Shown here: one piece after another, positions 1 through 10,447 of the stretch | How positions within the stretch are numbered: position 1 is the stretch's first letter | How the letters are laid out: the number at the start of each line of letters is the position of its first letter | Source: Patescibacteria group bacterium | Lineage (GTDB): Bacteria; Patescibacteriota; Minisyncoccia; UBA6257; JACRHW01 | Assembly (NCBI GenBank): GCA_028865725.1 | Contig: JAGWJP010000002.1 | Span: 40,050-104,049 of the forward strand | Reading direction: 5' to 3' | DNA: 64,000 nucleotides | Program-made: the position numbers and the translations under genes | The notes under the pieces: model-generated | Databases searched by the model: none | Told to the model about the DNA's origin: nothing | The model's input: the letters and a program-made list of their open reading frames with translations, nothing else

Positions 1-908
1 GCGCGCATCGTTGTCTGAGTAATTTTGGCCGTGATAGTATCAATCTCCGCAGCATAGCTTTTTTCAGATGCCAGATCCACTGCAAGCGCAGCTTTTTCCG
101 CGGCAAGGGTATTTTGTAAACTTTTTGTCGCGGAAAGAGCGGTATCGATTTCCGTGCGTGCCGAGGTAATATATGTTTTATATGTCGAAACCGTTGACTG
201 CGGAATATTCAGAGCGCTAGAAAGAAGATTGTTAAGGATATTCAAAAGCATTTCTATATTATTGAGATTAGTAACACTCTCTGCGAGATCATGCTCCAAT
301 GTGCTGGTGGCCACTCCATCGGTAACCATATTGATATGCGTAACCCATTCGGCGAGTACATCGTTCATGCCAAAGCGTTCACTTTCCGCGTTTTGTTGAT
401 TTTGAGAACTAGGAACTAAAAATGAAAGTCGCGGCGTACCGTCGCTATTCGTAAAAAATGGATCTATTTTAATGCGAATTGCATCATTTGCGCTTGTATA
501 ACTGCTATTCAACGTCGCGACAACTGTCGTATATGAATTGTGAAGCATTACTTCATCTTGGGCGGTTTTCTCTTGTTGTGTTCCGAGATCTGCCTGCGCC
601 TTTACAAGCTCTGTGGCAAGCTCAGAAGAATCAAGTGTTGCAATCACGCTTCCTGCAAGAACATGATCGCCCACCTCATGTGTCACAGTGGTAATGAGAC
701 CGCTTGTTTGAAACGCCAAATCAACATGTTCCGCCGCCTTCACATTTCCTGTTTCGGATACCACTTGCGCAATGTCTCTTTTCCCTACTGTCGCCAATGA
801 GGGAAGCGCTTCGTTCTGGCTTCCTCGATACCAATACAGGATCCCTGTGATGCAGAGAACAATGAAACATCCCCATAGTACCCACCTGAACACAGAAGCT
901 CCTTTCAT
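1..908 (-). CDS. HlyD-family membrane-fusion (efflux adaptor) protein, 3' end outside window
   Basis: Minus-strand ORF starts with ATG at 908 and runs off the window at position 1. It has an N-terminal TM helix, a biotin/lipoyl-like hairpin motif (VGDHVLAGSVIATLDS) and a long coiled-coil, as in HlyD/MFP adaptors. Confidence 0.5.
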   Translation of the reverse strand, partial: MKGASVFRWVLWGCFIVLCITGILYWYRGSQNEALPSLATVGKRDIAQVVSETGNVKAAEHVDLAFQTSGLITTVTHEVGDHVLAGSVIATLDSSELATELVKAQADLGTQQEKTAQDEVMLHNSYTTVVATLNSSYTSANDAIRIKIDPFFTNSDGTPRLSFLVPSSQNQQNAESERFGMNDVLAEWVTHINMVTDGVATSTLEHDLAESVTNLNNIEMLLNILNNLLSSALNIPQSTVSTYKTYITSARTEIDTALSATKSLQNTLAAEKAALAVDLASEKSYAAEIDTITAKITQTTMR

Positions 909-1176
909 AAAAAAGATGTATTATATAGTTATAATATACCACAGATGACAAAATTCCCACGACCTTCTATAGCCTCATCATAACGACACGCAACAGATGA
1001 CCACTTCACCATTCTTTATAACGTTTCAGCGTTTGGTATTGCAAGAAAAAAATTTTTGTGTTACCATAATTATACTACCGAAAGAGCCAATTTCATCACA
1101 ATTGTAAACACTTGCGTAATGCAGTATCTCCGAGGTAGATTAGAAATGCCCTCTTATCAAAACCTATTTTAACTAT

Positions 1177-1401
1177 ATGAAAAAAGATATTCATCCACCT
1201 TATCACCAGGCAAAAGTCTCCTGTGCATGTGGAAACACATTCACGGTCGGCTCGACTAAACCTGAAATTCATACTGAAATCTGCAGCAAATGTCATCCTT
1301 ATTACATAGGGAAGGATCGCACGCTTGATATTGCGGGCCGCGTAGAACGCTTTAAGGAACGGGCAGCCAAGGCAGCAAAAAAGACTAAAAAGAAACAATA
1401 A
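1177..1401 (+). CDS. rpmE: 50S ribosomal protein L31
   Basis: 74-aa ORF with the CxxC...CxxC zinc ribbon (CACGNTF...CSKCHPYY) typical of L31. Confidence 0.9.
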   Translation: MKKDIHPPYHQAKVSCACGNTFTVGSTKPEIHTEICSKCHPYYIGKDRTLDIAGRVERFKERAAKAAKKTKKKQ

Positions 1402-1513
1402 TTCCTGTACGTCTTGCATAAAACGCGCCATAGTTAGTAGTAACGAGCGCGTTTTATATTAAAAGAACACTTATTGCACTTTTTCCACAAACCATAGGCT
1501 ACCGCCCCATTAT

Positions 1514-2566
1514 ATGACACATCTAGAAGAACTTCGTGAGGAATATGCCAAGCTCACTAATACGGTGGTCTCCCTTTCTTCGCATCCGGAATCGGAAGAA
1601 TTTAAAAATGCTTCCAAAGCGCTTGCTCGATATGCACGCCTCATTTCCCTTATAGAAAAACGAGAGCTTAAACTGCATGAACAAACAAGTATCCTTGAAT
1701 TATTGGCTGAAGAAACAAATTCAGAACTCCTTACCATGGCAGAACAGGAGAAAAAAAAACTTGAAGAACAAATTACCGCACTCGATGAGCAAATTGAAAT
1801 CGAAGAACACGGGAAAAAGGATCCTATTAATTCTATAATAATGGAAATCCGGGCGGGTGCAGGAGGTGATGAAGCAGCACTGTTTGCGGTTGACTTACTT
1901 CGCATGTACCAACGTTACGCCACAAAACGAAAGTGGAGTTTTACTATTATTGACGAACACACAAATGATATCGGTGGAATGAAAGAAGTAACTGTAGAAA
2001 TAGAAGGAGATAATGTCTATAGCGAACTCGAACATGAATCTGGAGTCCATCGAGTACAGCGTATTCCTGATACAGAAAAGGCGGGAAGAATTCACACTTC
2101 TACTGCATCGGTCGCTATCCTTCCCGAAATAGAAAATTCAGATGTAGTGATCAACCCAAACGACCTTGAAATTACATTCTTCCGTTCATCGGGTCCCGGA
2201 GGACAAAACGTCAACAAAGTAGAAACCGCGGTCCGTATCTTACATAAGCCGTCCGGAATTGTGGTAAGTTCGCAATCAGAACGCTTTCAGGCTCGCAACA
2301 AAGAAAAAGCAATGACTATTCTCAGAGCAAAACTACAGGAATTACAGAATAAGGAAACAGCGTCAAACCTTACAAGCGAACGAAAAAAACAAATCGGCAC
2401 ACAAGATCGTTCTGAAAAAATACGGACCTATAATTTTCCTCAGGACAGAATCACCGATCATCGCATCAACGAAAGCTGGCATCATATTGAAGATATCATG
2501 GAAGGCAACATCGATCCCATTATCGATGCGTTCAAACACCAACCTCCTGGAGCTGAGAAAAATTAA
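1514..2566 (+). CDS. prfA: peptide chain release factor 1
   Basis: 350 aa; GGQ motif (SGPGGQNVNK); RF1-type tripeptide (RIPDTE, PxT); class-I RF architecture. Confidence 0.9.
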   Translation: MTHLEELREEYAKLTNTVVSLSSHPESEEFKNASKALARYARLISLIEKRELKLHEQTSILELLAEETNSELLTMAEQEKKKLEEQITALDEQIEIEEHGKKDPINSIIMEIRAGAGGDEAALFAVDLLRMYQRYATKRKWSFTIIDEHTNDIGGMKEVTVEIEGDNVYSELEHESGVHRVQRIPDTEKAGRIHTSTASVAILPEIENSDVVINPNDLEITFFRSSGPGGQNVNKVETAVRILHKPSGIVVSSQSERFQARNKEKAMTILRAKLQELQNKETASNLTSERKKQIGTQDRSEKIRTYNFPQDRITDHRINESWHHIEDIMEGNIDPIIDAFKHQPPGAEKN

Positions 2567-2750
2567 AAACCCGTGGAATATACACACGGGCTCACTGCTC
2601 TTACTCCTCTCATCGCATTAAGGATTGTGTATTGCCTAAGCACTACGACGGAACACATGTTCTTTTTCTAGGAACTATCGTTAATGCTCCTCCGCTTTTT
2701 CTTCCATGTTTTTATATCACAAAGCCACAAGGTATGCGTCAAATTGAATT

Positions 2751-4271
2751 CTAAGAATTAGAGTTCAACACGTCGATGTCGTCTTGGAATCCTTGCGCAC
2801 GCTCTGCGACGCGATATCCATAGGAACCAACTCTTGTATATGATCGCCACGCACTTCCTGCATAATATTTAGCGGCGGCGCAATTTTCTTGTGAAAACAT
2901 AGCGGAGTAGATTGTTTTACAGGTGGCAAGTCCTCCTTGGAGATACAGGGCGGTACCGGTAAATGCATCAAGATTATTAAAAGGCGAGGGTGGATTTCCT
3001 CCCGTGATCCTCGCTACCCTATCAGCAAATAATTGCCACGTACTCGGCATAAATTGAGCAGGACCCATTGCCCCTCCGTACGATCCGTCAGAAACAATCG
3101 GACATGAAACAGGCGTTTTTTCGGGATCTAGATGCAGCTCTGTCATAAGGGCAAGAAAAATCGGTTTTTCTTTATCACTCATCACTGTACCACTCGGATT
3201 TACACTCGGATCGTTGTAGGCACAGCGCCCTAGGTTAGTGCCTATCACGCCATTTATTGATGATTCTTGAGTAAGGATAGCGAGGATAAATGCCGCACGT
3301 ACCCCCGTGGCCTTCTCTGCCACCGCTGCAAGTTTAACCGCATCGCCAAAAGGAAGTTCGCCGCCGCCCGTTAAACGAAAAATTCTATTGCGTATCTCTG
3401 CCGCCTTTGCTTGTGTATCAGCAAGAAGTTTTTGATATTGGGATTCTTTTCCTTTAGTAATTGCTAAAAGATTATTCTTTTCCTTTTGAGTCTCCTGAAT
3501 GGTAGACTTTTGTGTCGCCTGATATGCTCGCAGGGCTGTCGCATCTTCGCGCTGAAGCGCAAGCGCCGTCTTTTGATTTACATATTGATCACGTAAATTA
3601 GAGTATTCAGCCAGCGCATTGTTAAGATTATCCTGTACCAAAACTAGATTATTCAGGTCGCCAAAGAAATCGGAAAGATGAGGATTTTCAAGCATGGCTT
3701 GAAATACAGTGCGATTTTCTCCTTCGTAAACCCGTTGAAGTGCAGTAGACAACGCCTCTTTTTCAAACCCAATTTGTGTTTCTGTCTTTCCAATCGCCCC
3801 TTCTGCTTGAGTAATCTCCCCGTCAAGCGAGGAAATACTGACATTCACAGCCTTAATCTGTAAATTTAGTTTTGCGATTTGAGCATTCAAAAGTTTAATT
3901 TCAGATGAAAGACTCTTTCCTTGTTTTTGGTATTGTTCGATCGTCGCCTGATGCGCTGCAATCTGTTTTTCCAAATCTGCAAGCTGCGCTTCTAATGCAG
4001 ACCGCTCCTGCGTATAATCTTGTGAGAGTACAATAGTAGGTGCAACCACAAGGCCGCGCAAAGAAACAACAATCAACACAAGTATTACCAATAATGATTT
4101 TGCGACCGCAGATGTGCAATATGAAAAAACTCTATACTTTTTCTTTTTTGACACTAAAAAAACAGGGGGGTTAGACTCTCCTTTTCGACTGATTTTTACA
4201 TCCACAAGAACAGAGGGGTGTATGGAGGGCTCTTCCATCATTGTAATTAAGAGCAAAAAGTTTGGGAACAC
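2751..4271 (-). CDS. membrane-anchored coiled-coil protein with C-terminal lytic transglycosylase (MltB/Slt-like) domain
   Basis: N-terminal TM helix, ~250-aa coiled-coil, and a C-terminal domain with GPAQFMPSTW as in family-3 lytic transglycosylases. Start may be internal (MMEE... near 4238). Confidence 0.6.
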   Translation of the reverse strand: MFPNFLLLITMMEEPSIHPSVLVDVKISRKGESNPPVFLVSKKKKYRVFSYCTSAVAKSLLVILVLIVVSLRGLVVAPTIVLSQDYTQERSALEAQLADLEKQIAAHQATIEQYQKQGKSLSSEIKLLNAQIAKLNLQIKAVNVSISSLDGEITQAEGAIGKTETQIGFEKEALSTALQRVYEGENRTVFQAMLENPHLSDFFGDLNNLVLVQDNLNNALAEYSNLRDQYVNQKTALALQREDATALRAYQATQKSTIQETQKEKNNLLAITKGKESQYQKLLADTQAKAAEIRNRIFRLTGGGELPFGDAVKLAAVAEKATGVRAAFILAILTQESSINGVIGTNLGRCAYNDPSVNPSGTVMSDKEKPIFLALMTELHLDPEKTPVSCPIVSDGSYGGAMGPAQFMPSTWQLFADRVARITGGNPPSPFNNLDAFTGTALYLQGGLATCKTIYSAMFSQENCAAAKYYAGSAWRSYTRVGSYGYRVAERAQGFQDDIDVLNSNS

Positions 4272-4470
4272 ATTCTGAAAATTGTCCTTTCACTTCATGA
4301 CCAATAATTTGTCCGCATATTTAGTATATCAAAAAGATAGCCAACTCTCCATAGAAAAAGAACGGATAATCTACACGTGGCATAAATAATTCAAACATCT
4401 CAAACAAACGTGCGGCGCAAAAAAACACATCCCCTTATGCAGGGGGTGTGTAAACCATCAGCTACGGACA

Positions 4471-5154
4471 TTACTTCCTCGCTTCTGTATCCTTTTCTTC
4501 TTCACGTTTTGCCTTCTTCTCCTCTGTTTCCACCTTAACCTCCTCCACCCCTCCGGAACCACCCTCTACTTCCATCGCTTTAATTTCTTCTTCACTCAAA
4601 GGTTCAGATACAGAAACAATAACCATATCTGGTTCGGATATAAGACTTACTCCCACAGGGAGTGTGATGTCGCTCGCGTGAATTTTGCTTTCAAAATCAA
4701 ACAATGACGCAAGTGATACTTCAATCTCTGAGGGAAGATCTTGAGGAAGAGCTTCTACCTCAATTTCAGAAGCAACCTTGATAACAATACCGTGCAACTC
4801 CTTCTCAACAGGCGCCTCGTTGATAAACTCTAACGGCACTGTGGCTTCTGTAGGCTTATCAAGTGCAACCGCATAAAAGTCCACGTGCAAGACATTGTGA
4901 GTAAGCGGATCACGAAGAACATCGTGAATTAACACAGGTTTTTTCATCTCCTTCCCTGCGGCGTCAATAAACACTAAATCAATAAGCACGTTTTCTCCTG
5001 CCTCTTTATAGAGATTCGCGAATACGCCTTCCTCAATCGATAGGTTTACCGATTCTCCTTTACCATAAAGCACTGCAGGAATGAATCCTTTTCTGCGGAG
5101 TCCACTCACCGCCTTCCCCACCACGTCTCGTTTTGATGCATGTAATGTGAGCAT
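4471..5154 (-). CDS. rplY: 50S ribosomal protein L25 / general stress protein Ctc
   Basis: Best start is MLTLHASKRD at 5154; N-terminal L25 beta-barrel (GKGAxRRLR-like 'GKAVSGLRRKGFIPAVLYG') plus acidic C-terminal Ctc extension. Confidence 0.85.
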   Translation of the reverse strand: MLTLHASKRDVVGKAVSGLRRKGFIPAVLYGKGESVNLSIEEGVFANLYKEAGENVLIDLVFIDAAGKEMKKPVLIHDVLRDPLTHNVLHVDFYAVALDKPTEATVPLEFINEAPVEKELHGIVIKVASEIEVEALPQDLPSEIEVSLASLFDFESKIHASDITLPVGVSLISEPDMVIVSVSEPLSEEEIKAMEVEGGSGGVEEVKVETEEKKAKREEEKDTEARK

Positions 5155-5231
5155 AAAAATGTACAATTAAACTAAAATCCTCCAAAAACAAAAAACACCA
5201 CGTTTTTACCCTTATATTTGAAGTGCTTGTA

Positions 5232-6116
5232 TTATACCAGATGTTGAAATAATTTCAACCTCTTTTCAACGATCAAACCCATGTCCTCCCGTGCGTTCAG
5301 GAGAAGCTTATATGGTGCTACTTCTTCAGGATGTGTGGCAAGAGTTTCTTCGATGCCTGCACGCCACGCAACGCGAAGCTCTGTGCTGATATGCACGATC
5401 GATATCCCCGCACGAATTGCAGCAATAAACTCCTCATCACGCGTACCAGACCCGCCATGAAGGACTAAAGGAGTATTCAGCGAGGCGTGGAGCGCCTCAA
5501 TGCGCGCAATATCAAGGTGGGGCTCTGGCACATCTTTTAAGATACCGTGCAGGTTCCCTACTGCAGGTGCAAATAAATTAACCCCTGTTTCAGCCACAAA
5601 TCGCTCCGCATCAGGAACGGTGGTAAGATAATCGCCTTGTGATGCTCCCTCGGGAATCACATGTAAAACCTCAGAAGAAGTACCTATATAGCCAAGTTCT
5701 CCCTCAATAATGACATCGGAACGAATCGCGCGCGCGGCGTCTGCTGCCTCTTTTGTTTTTTTAATATTTTCTTCCAACACATACTGTGCCCCATCAAAAA
5801 TTACTGCATCATAGCCAGCCCGTACGGCATCTTCCACTCCACGTAAGGTGTGAGTATGATCGGCATTCAAAAACACAGGATAAGGTTCTTGCTCGCGAAT
5901 ACTCGCAATAAGAGCAGCGACTTGGCGCACTCCAATAAATGCTCGCTCTCCCTCGGAAACCCCGATTATAATCGGGATAGCGTTCCCTGCCTCACGCGAA
6001 ACTTTTTTCGCTCCATCCATGATAGCGCCCAGCGCAGCAAAATCAGAGATATTAAAGTGGGCTATCGCGGTCTTCGTTGCTCGTGCTTCTTCTAGATAGT
6101 CATAAAGTGTTTTCAT
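5232..6116 (-). CDS. fba: class II fructose-bisphosphate aldolase
   Basis: 294 aa; class-II aldolase signatures (NADHTHT, LHGGSG, metal-binding His residues). Confidence 0.85.
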   Translation of the reverse strand: MKTLYDYLEEARATKTAIAHFNISDFAALGAIMDGAKKVSREAGNAIPIIIGVSEGERAFIGVRQVAALIASIREQEPYPVFLNADHTHTLRGVEDAVRAGYDAVIFDGAQYVLEENIKKTKEAADAARAIRSDVIIEGELGYIGTSSEVLHVIPEGASQGDYLTTVPDAERFVAETGVNLFAPAVGNLHGILKDVPEPHLDIARIEALHASLNTPLVLHGGSGTRDEEFIAAIRAGISIVHISTELRVAWRAGIEETLATHPEEVAPYKLLLNAREDMGLIVEKRLKLFQHLV

Positions 6117-6128
6117 AGCAATACAAGG

Positions 6129-7388
6129 CTACAATTCGAAAAATCCTTGAAGAAGATATTCTCGCGCAAAAATCTCTAATTCACCGAGACTGAAATATTC
6201 AGAAAATATCTTATTCCACAATGCTTCTTGGTGATGATAGAGATATTTGATCATTTCTTTTTCTTGTACCAATGACATGACCGTATCCACCAAGTCAAAG
6301 CTCACCAATATATCATCTCCGACATCATCCTTGAAATAATCACCCACCCAATCCAAATCCTCCCAAAAGCCCAGCGAATGATCAAACTCCGGATGGAGTT
6401 CTCCGATGCGCGCGAGACTCCGTTCCGCCTTCACCCAATGCAGCGCCTCTGGATTCAAGTGCGGGACAAATAAACGCCAATCATTTTCATCATCCTTCGC
6501 AAGATAACGCTGTACCACGAGCCATAATGATTTCGTGCCCTCTTGCATTCTTCTGTCCATCACATCTCCTCGCAAGAGTGAGATAAGATTTTGAGAAAAT
6601 GTGGTAGGAACATTGGCATTTTTTTTAAATAAGTCGGCGTAAAAAGGTATCTCGTGTAGATAATGAAAGATGAGACTTAACGTGCGTAAAATCTCTCCAG
6701 AAATATCAAGCGCAATCGGAATGATAAAAACAACTCCCAACTCTTTAAGATGACTGATGTTGTGCCATTTTTTTGCTACAAATGCCCCCGCAGCCTTGCT
6801 CCATCGCTCTCCTAGCGTACGCACTTTAATAGCTCGTTCTTCGAAGTCGTCAGGCGTCAACGCTTCATATTGCTTAAAAAATATAGTATTCAGCCACTCA
6901 CTTCCCTCGATAAATCGGAGTGCGCTATACACTTCGTAGAGATCTTCGTGCGCCAACATCTCTTCCACAGAATGATAGTTCAAGTAGGCAAGCACCTTTT
7001 GAGGAGGTTGTTGCTTCAAAAATTCGCGCGCCTTTTCCTCTTTTAAGAAAAACCCTGTTTCGACAGATGCGATACTCTGCGCAAGATTCAAAAGTTTCGC
7101 ACAGTCTTCAGGGTTGCAGGCAACGGGGCTTCCCAACGCCTTAAACACATTATGATCGTCAGATTCTATCTTCGAAATGAGAGCATCATAAATTACTTTT
7201 GCAGGTTCGTCTCGCGCGACACCTAGTTTCATCAAACGATCCTGCATGCATGCCGCATTTTCTTCCATAATACGGTCAATTACACCATGTTTGCCTGTAA
7301 GCGAAGCGAGGCGTTGTTCTACATTAATAATAGAGTCTTTATCTGCGCGCAATATCTTTGCGAGCTTTTCCTGTGAAGTCATGGACAT
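6129..7388 (-). CDS. hypothetical protein (419 aa), co-located with glycolytic genes
   Basis: Long uninterrupted ORF tightly packed between fba and the pfkB-family kinase. No family recognised by eye. Confidence 0.5.
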   Translation of the reverse strand: MSMTSQEKLAKILRADKDSIINVEQRLASLTGKHGVIDRIMEENAACMQDRLMKLGVARDEPAKVIYDALISKIESDDHNVFKALGSPVACNPEDCAKLLNLAQSIASVETGFFLKEEKAREFLKQQPPQKVLAYLNYHSVEEMLAHEDLYEVYSALRFIEGSEWLNTIFFKQYEALTPDDFEERAIKVRTLGERWSKAAGAFVAKKWHNISHLKELGVVFIIPIALDISGEILRTLSLIFHYLHEIPFYADLFKKNANVPTTFSQNLISLLRGDVMDRRMQEGTKSLWLVVQRYLAKDDENDWRLFVPHLNPEALHWVKAERSLARIGELHPEFDHSLGFWEDLDWVGDYFKDDVGDDILVSFDLVDTVMSLVQEKEMIKYLYHHQEALWNKIFSEYFSLGELEIFAREYLLQGFFEL

Positions 7389-7415
7389 AAGAATATGAGA
7401 GTAATAATGGGATAA

Positions 7416-8405
7416 TTATGAAGAAGGAGTAACGGAAACAGCTAAGTCCTTCCAGCGCGCGTCGTGTTCAAACTGATCTTTGGTGAGAATGCCCGCAGTA
7501 CCCCCGACATGTTCAACGACAGAGGCTGCATTTGCAGTTCCTAAACGAATGGCATAAGAAATATCATTCTTCCGCATGAGGCCCGCGACAAATCCGGACC
7601 CGAATGCATCTCCCGCACCAGTCCGATCACGCAACACCTGTTCATTAAAAATGCCCGCCCGGTAGATTTTTGTACCATCAGACACCGTCACCCCTTGCGG
7701 CCCATTTGTCATTGCAACAATCCCCGGCATATCTCTATCAAGTGCGGAGAACACCTCTTCTGGCTTTTCAAAGGAAATGCCGAGAAGCGTTGCCGCCTCG
7801 CCCTCGTTTACCAACAACACGGCAATATTCTTCAGTGCCGCAAGAATACCATCGCGATCTCTTTTGATATGGTATCCCGACGGATTAAACGCCACCTTGA
7901 TTCCCTGGGAATGGGCAAATGTCAGAAGTTCAGGGAACAGATGATACGACTCGCCCGCAAGCGAAAGATACCACCACGGAGCCCGCATGGCATCCCGGTG
8001 AATATCCGATGTGGAAAACGTATCGGAGGCGCCATGATATCCCAAAATCGTGCGCTCGCCGCCTGAAAGCAAGAGCGTAGAAAACGCGGTATGCCGTTCT
8101 GAGGTCGCTTCAAGGAGCTCCGTAGCAACATGTTCACGCGTCAAATCTTCCTGCAGCGCGCGCCCCATGCTATCGTTGCCGATCTTCCCGCAGCAGAATA
8201 CACGAAACCCGTGGCGTGCAAATGTCACGCTTGCATTTGCCGCATTACCACCAAGCGTACTGAATGCATTTGAAATCTCTACCTTTTCGCCCACAGGAAA
8301 TATCAAAGCTTTATGTGACGGAGTTTTATCCCAATTCACAAATTGATACTCACTTTCCAAAAAGTGATCGCGCGTAACCGATCCGATACAAATAATATCT
8401 TTCAT
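7416..8405 (-). CDS. PfkB/ribokinase-family carbohydrate kinase (possibly a sugar-phosphate kinase)
   Basis: GGNAANASV N-terminal motif and DRTGAGDAFGSGFVAG C-terminal PfkB signature. Confidence 0.8.
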   Translation of the reverse strand: MKDIICIGSVTRDHFLESEYQFVNWDKTPSHKALIFPVGEKVEISNAFSTLGGNAANASVTFARHGFRVFCCGKIGNDSMGRALQEDLTREHVATELLEATSERHTAFSTLLLSGGERTILGYHGASDTFSTSDIHRDAMRAPWWYLSLAGESYHLFPELLTFAHSQGIKVAFNPSGYHIKRDRDGILAALKNIAVLLVNEGEAATLLGISFEKPEEVFSALDRDMPGIVAMTNGPQGVTVSDGTKIYRAGIFNEQVLRDRTGAGDAFGSGFVAGLMRKNDISYAIRLGTANAASVVEHVGGTAGILTKDQFEHDARWKDLAVSVTPSS

Positions 8406-8813
8406 ATCGTTATTCTACTCTTTCCCTCACAAAAAGAAAAACCCCGCGCTGATGCGCGAGGTGGCAAACATTACGTTTCTTTATTGCACCGCTTCAAAGG
8501 ACAAAGGTTCAAGGATCAAAGAAGATCCAAGTGACCAAAATCCCAAGAGCTACTTACTTGCGCGCAGAGCCGCGGGCCCACGACCGCGCCAGCCGCTGAC
8601 AAGCCAGCGGTAGCGCCAGAACCACTGCCCGCCGAGGAAGTACAGAGAGCGCACGCACAGGCTGCCATCCGAGTCGCGGTAGATCGTTCCCCAGAAGTAG
8701 ATGAAACGAATGTTTCCACTCTCATCTTACTTCCAGTCTTCGGGAATGAGCTCGGGGTGGGCGAGCAGGTAGTCGAGGACGTTTGCGTTCAGCACAGGCT
8801 GTTGCTCGAGCTC

Positions 8814-9161
8814 TTAGCGAAGCGTGTTGCCTTCGATCATCTTGCCGTTCTGCTGATTCTTCGAGAGATGGAGCCGCACCTGAGCAGGGTTCCACACGAT
8901 AGACCCACACGCCCTGCCGGAAAGCTGATCATTTGCTCTTACTTCCCATCCTGATGGAATATGAGGTCGGCCGTCGAGGTCAATGCAATGCTTGATACGT
9001 TTGATTTCAGCATGCCCTCGCAATACCTCACGTACCCTTGCAAGCAGGTCTCCCTCTGAAAGAGTTTTGATCTCCTGATTCGTAAACCCTGCGCGCCGAA
9101 ACGCAAGCTTCAATTCGTTGGCCTGGCCGACATCGAGCATAAGTTCTTCGCTCATTGTCAC
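8814..9161 (-). CDS. hypothetical protein encoded in a GC-rich insert
   Basis: 115-aa ORF with a good RBS (aagaGGAGGcagagtgacaATG) in a ~60-65% GC segment that contrasts with its ~45% GC surroundings. Confidence 0.4.
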   Translation of the reverse strand: MTMSEELMLDVGQANELKLAFRRAGFTNQEIKTLSEGDLLARVREVLRGHAEIKRIKHCIDLDGRPHIPSGWEVRANDQLSGRACGSIVWNPAQVRLHLSKNQQNGKMIEGNTLR

Positions 9162-9337
9162 TCTGCCTCCTCTTCTTTTTGCGGCTGCGTCCTTCTAAAA
9201 AGAACTGTGCCGCATATTGGTTATACCAAATCACTTCTACCTTGTAAAGAAAGAAGGTTATACGCGAAACGTCGCTTCATCCTCGCCCGTATCGCGAGAA
9301 ATATCCGTCCCAAGTCTCTAAGCATTTAATTGATAGA

Positions 9338-10339
9338 TTATTTCCTTTTGCGAAGAATGACACGTTTTGCAGCAGCTACAATATGGGTGACTCCCATGCC
9401 GTATTTTTCGATCAATGCATCAGGCGGACCTGACTCACCGAAGGTATCCTGCATACCAATGAACTCGAGCGGAACGGGAAAACGCTTTGCTACGCACTCC
9501 GCAATCGCACCTCCCAATCCTCCAAGTATCTGGTGTTCTTCAACGACTACGCCAGCCCCGCTTCTCACGACCGCAGCCTCTACCCCCTCCTCATCAAGCG
9601 GCTTTACGGTCGCCACATTGACTACCGCCGTATCAACGCCTTCGCGCTCAAGCATCTGTGCCGCTTGCAAGGCATGGTACATCAGCGGTCCGGCCACAAA
9701 AACAGTGACATCAAACTTCTCCTTATGCGGTAACCAAAACCACGAGACTTTTCCAAACTCAAATGGCGTGTGCTCTGTGGTCACTACGGGCGTTTTCTCG
9801 CGGGCAAGCCGTACATAGCAAGGTCCATCGAGTGATGCAATCGCATACGTAATACGATCCGCTTCATGCACATCACAGGGAACAAACACCTTCATGGTGG
9901 GGATGGCGCGCATCGTCGCAATATCTTCTATCGCTTGGTGCGTTGCGCCGTCAGGACCCACCGAAATACCCGCATGCGATCCAATAATCTTCACGTTTGA
10001 ATGATTGTACGCGATCGTAGTACGAATCTGTTCCCAATTTCTTCCGGGAGAAAAAGTGGCATACGAAGAAATGAATGGAATCTTTCCGCTCACCCCTAAA
10101 CCTGCCGCAATGGTCGCAAGATTTTGCTCTGCTACGCCGATCTCAAAAAAACGATCCGGAAATTTCTCCGCAAACCCTAATGAACGTGTCGATTCGGTAA
10201 GGTCAGCGCACAATACTACGACATTACTGTCTCGCTCTCCCGCGCGCACTACTCCTGTGCCATACCCATCGCGAAGAGGCGCACTCTCAAGATTATCTTT
10301 AAAAAGATGAGGAGAAAGTTTTAAGTCTGCATTTAACAT
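9338..10339 (-). CDS. transketolase, C-terminal (pyrimidine-binding and C-terminal domains) subunit
   Basis: 333 aa; matches the transketolase C-terminal half (FEIGVAEQNL, SHAGISVGPDGATHQ). Confidence 0.85.
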   Translation of the reverse strand: MLNADLKLSPHLFKDNLESAPLRDGYGTGVVRAGERDSNVVVLCADLTESTRSLGFAEKFPDRFFEIGVAEQNLATIAAGLGVSGKIPFISSYATFSPGRNWEQIRTTIAYNHSNVKIIGSHAGISVGPDGATHQAIEDIATMRAIPTMKVFVPCDVHEADRITYAIASLDGPCYVRLAREKTPVVTTEHTPFEFGKVSWFWLPHKEKFDVTVFVAGPLMYHALQAAQMLEREGVDTAVVNVATVKPLDEEGVEAAVVRSGAGVVVEEHQILGGLGGAIAECVAKRFPVPLEFIGMQDTFGESGPPDALIEKYGMGVTHIVAAAKRVILRKRK

Positions 10340-10447
10340 AGAAAAATAAAAAACTCAAAATCCAAAAGTCAAAACTATGCCTGTATCCTTCTTCCCGCGC
10401 GTCATACACCAAAGCATTTCATTTTGACTTTTGATTTTTAATTTCTT

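Noticed and set aside
1036-1070. Candidate sigma-70 promoter upstream of rpmE (TTGCAA ... TAATTATACT)
   Set aside because: The spacing between the -35-like and -10-like hexamers is ~22 nt, outside the functional 16-19 nt range, so it is not called.
1096-1431. 111-aa minus-strand ORF overlapping rpmE
   Set aside because: It overlaps the well-supported L31 gene on the opposite strand; no RBS and no family.
1510-1905. Antisense 'shadow' ORFs opposite strong homolog-bearing genes (e.g. 1510..1905-, 13084..13396+, 18743..19351+, 24003..25017+, 39174..39587+, 53328..53945-, 59077..59985+)
   Set aside because: Each lies entirely within, and on the opposite strand of, a gene with clear family signatures. 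Their low-complexity or odd composition is what is expected of reverse-frame translations.
8554-9161. Single ~200-codon reading frame with two in-frame TAA codons (possible stop-codon recoding or a nonsense-mutated pseudogene)
   Set aside because: In 60-65% GC DNA, stop-free stretches of 29 and 57 codons are expected by chance. All conserved genes in the window terminate normally at TAA/TAG/TGA and have no internal stops, so the standard code 11 applies. The RBS-supported ORF simply ends at the first TAA.
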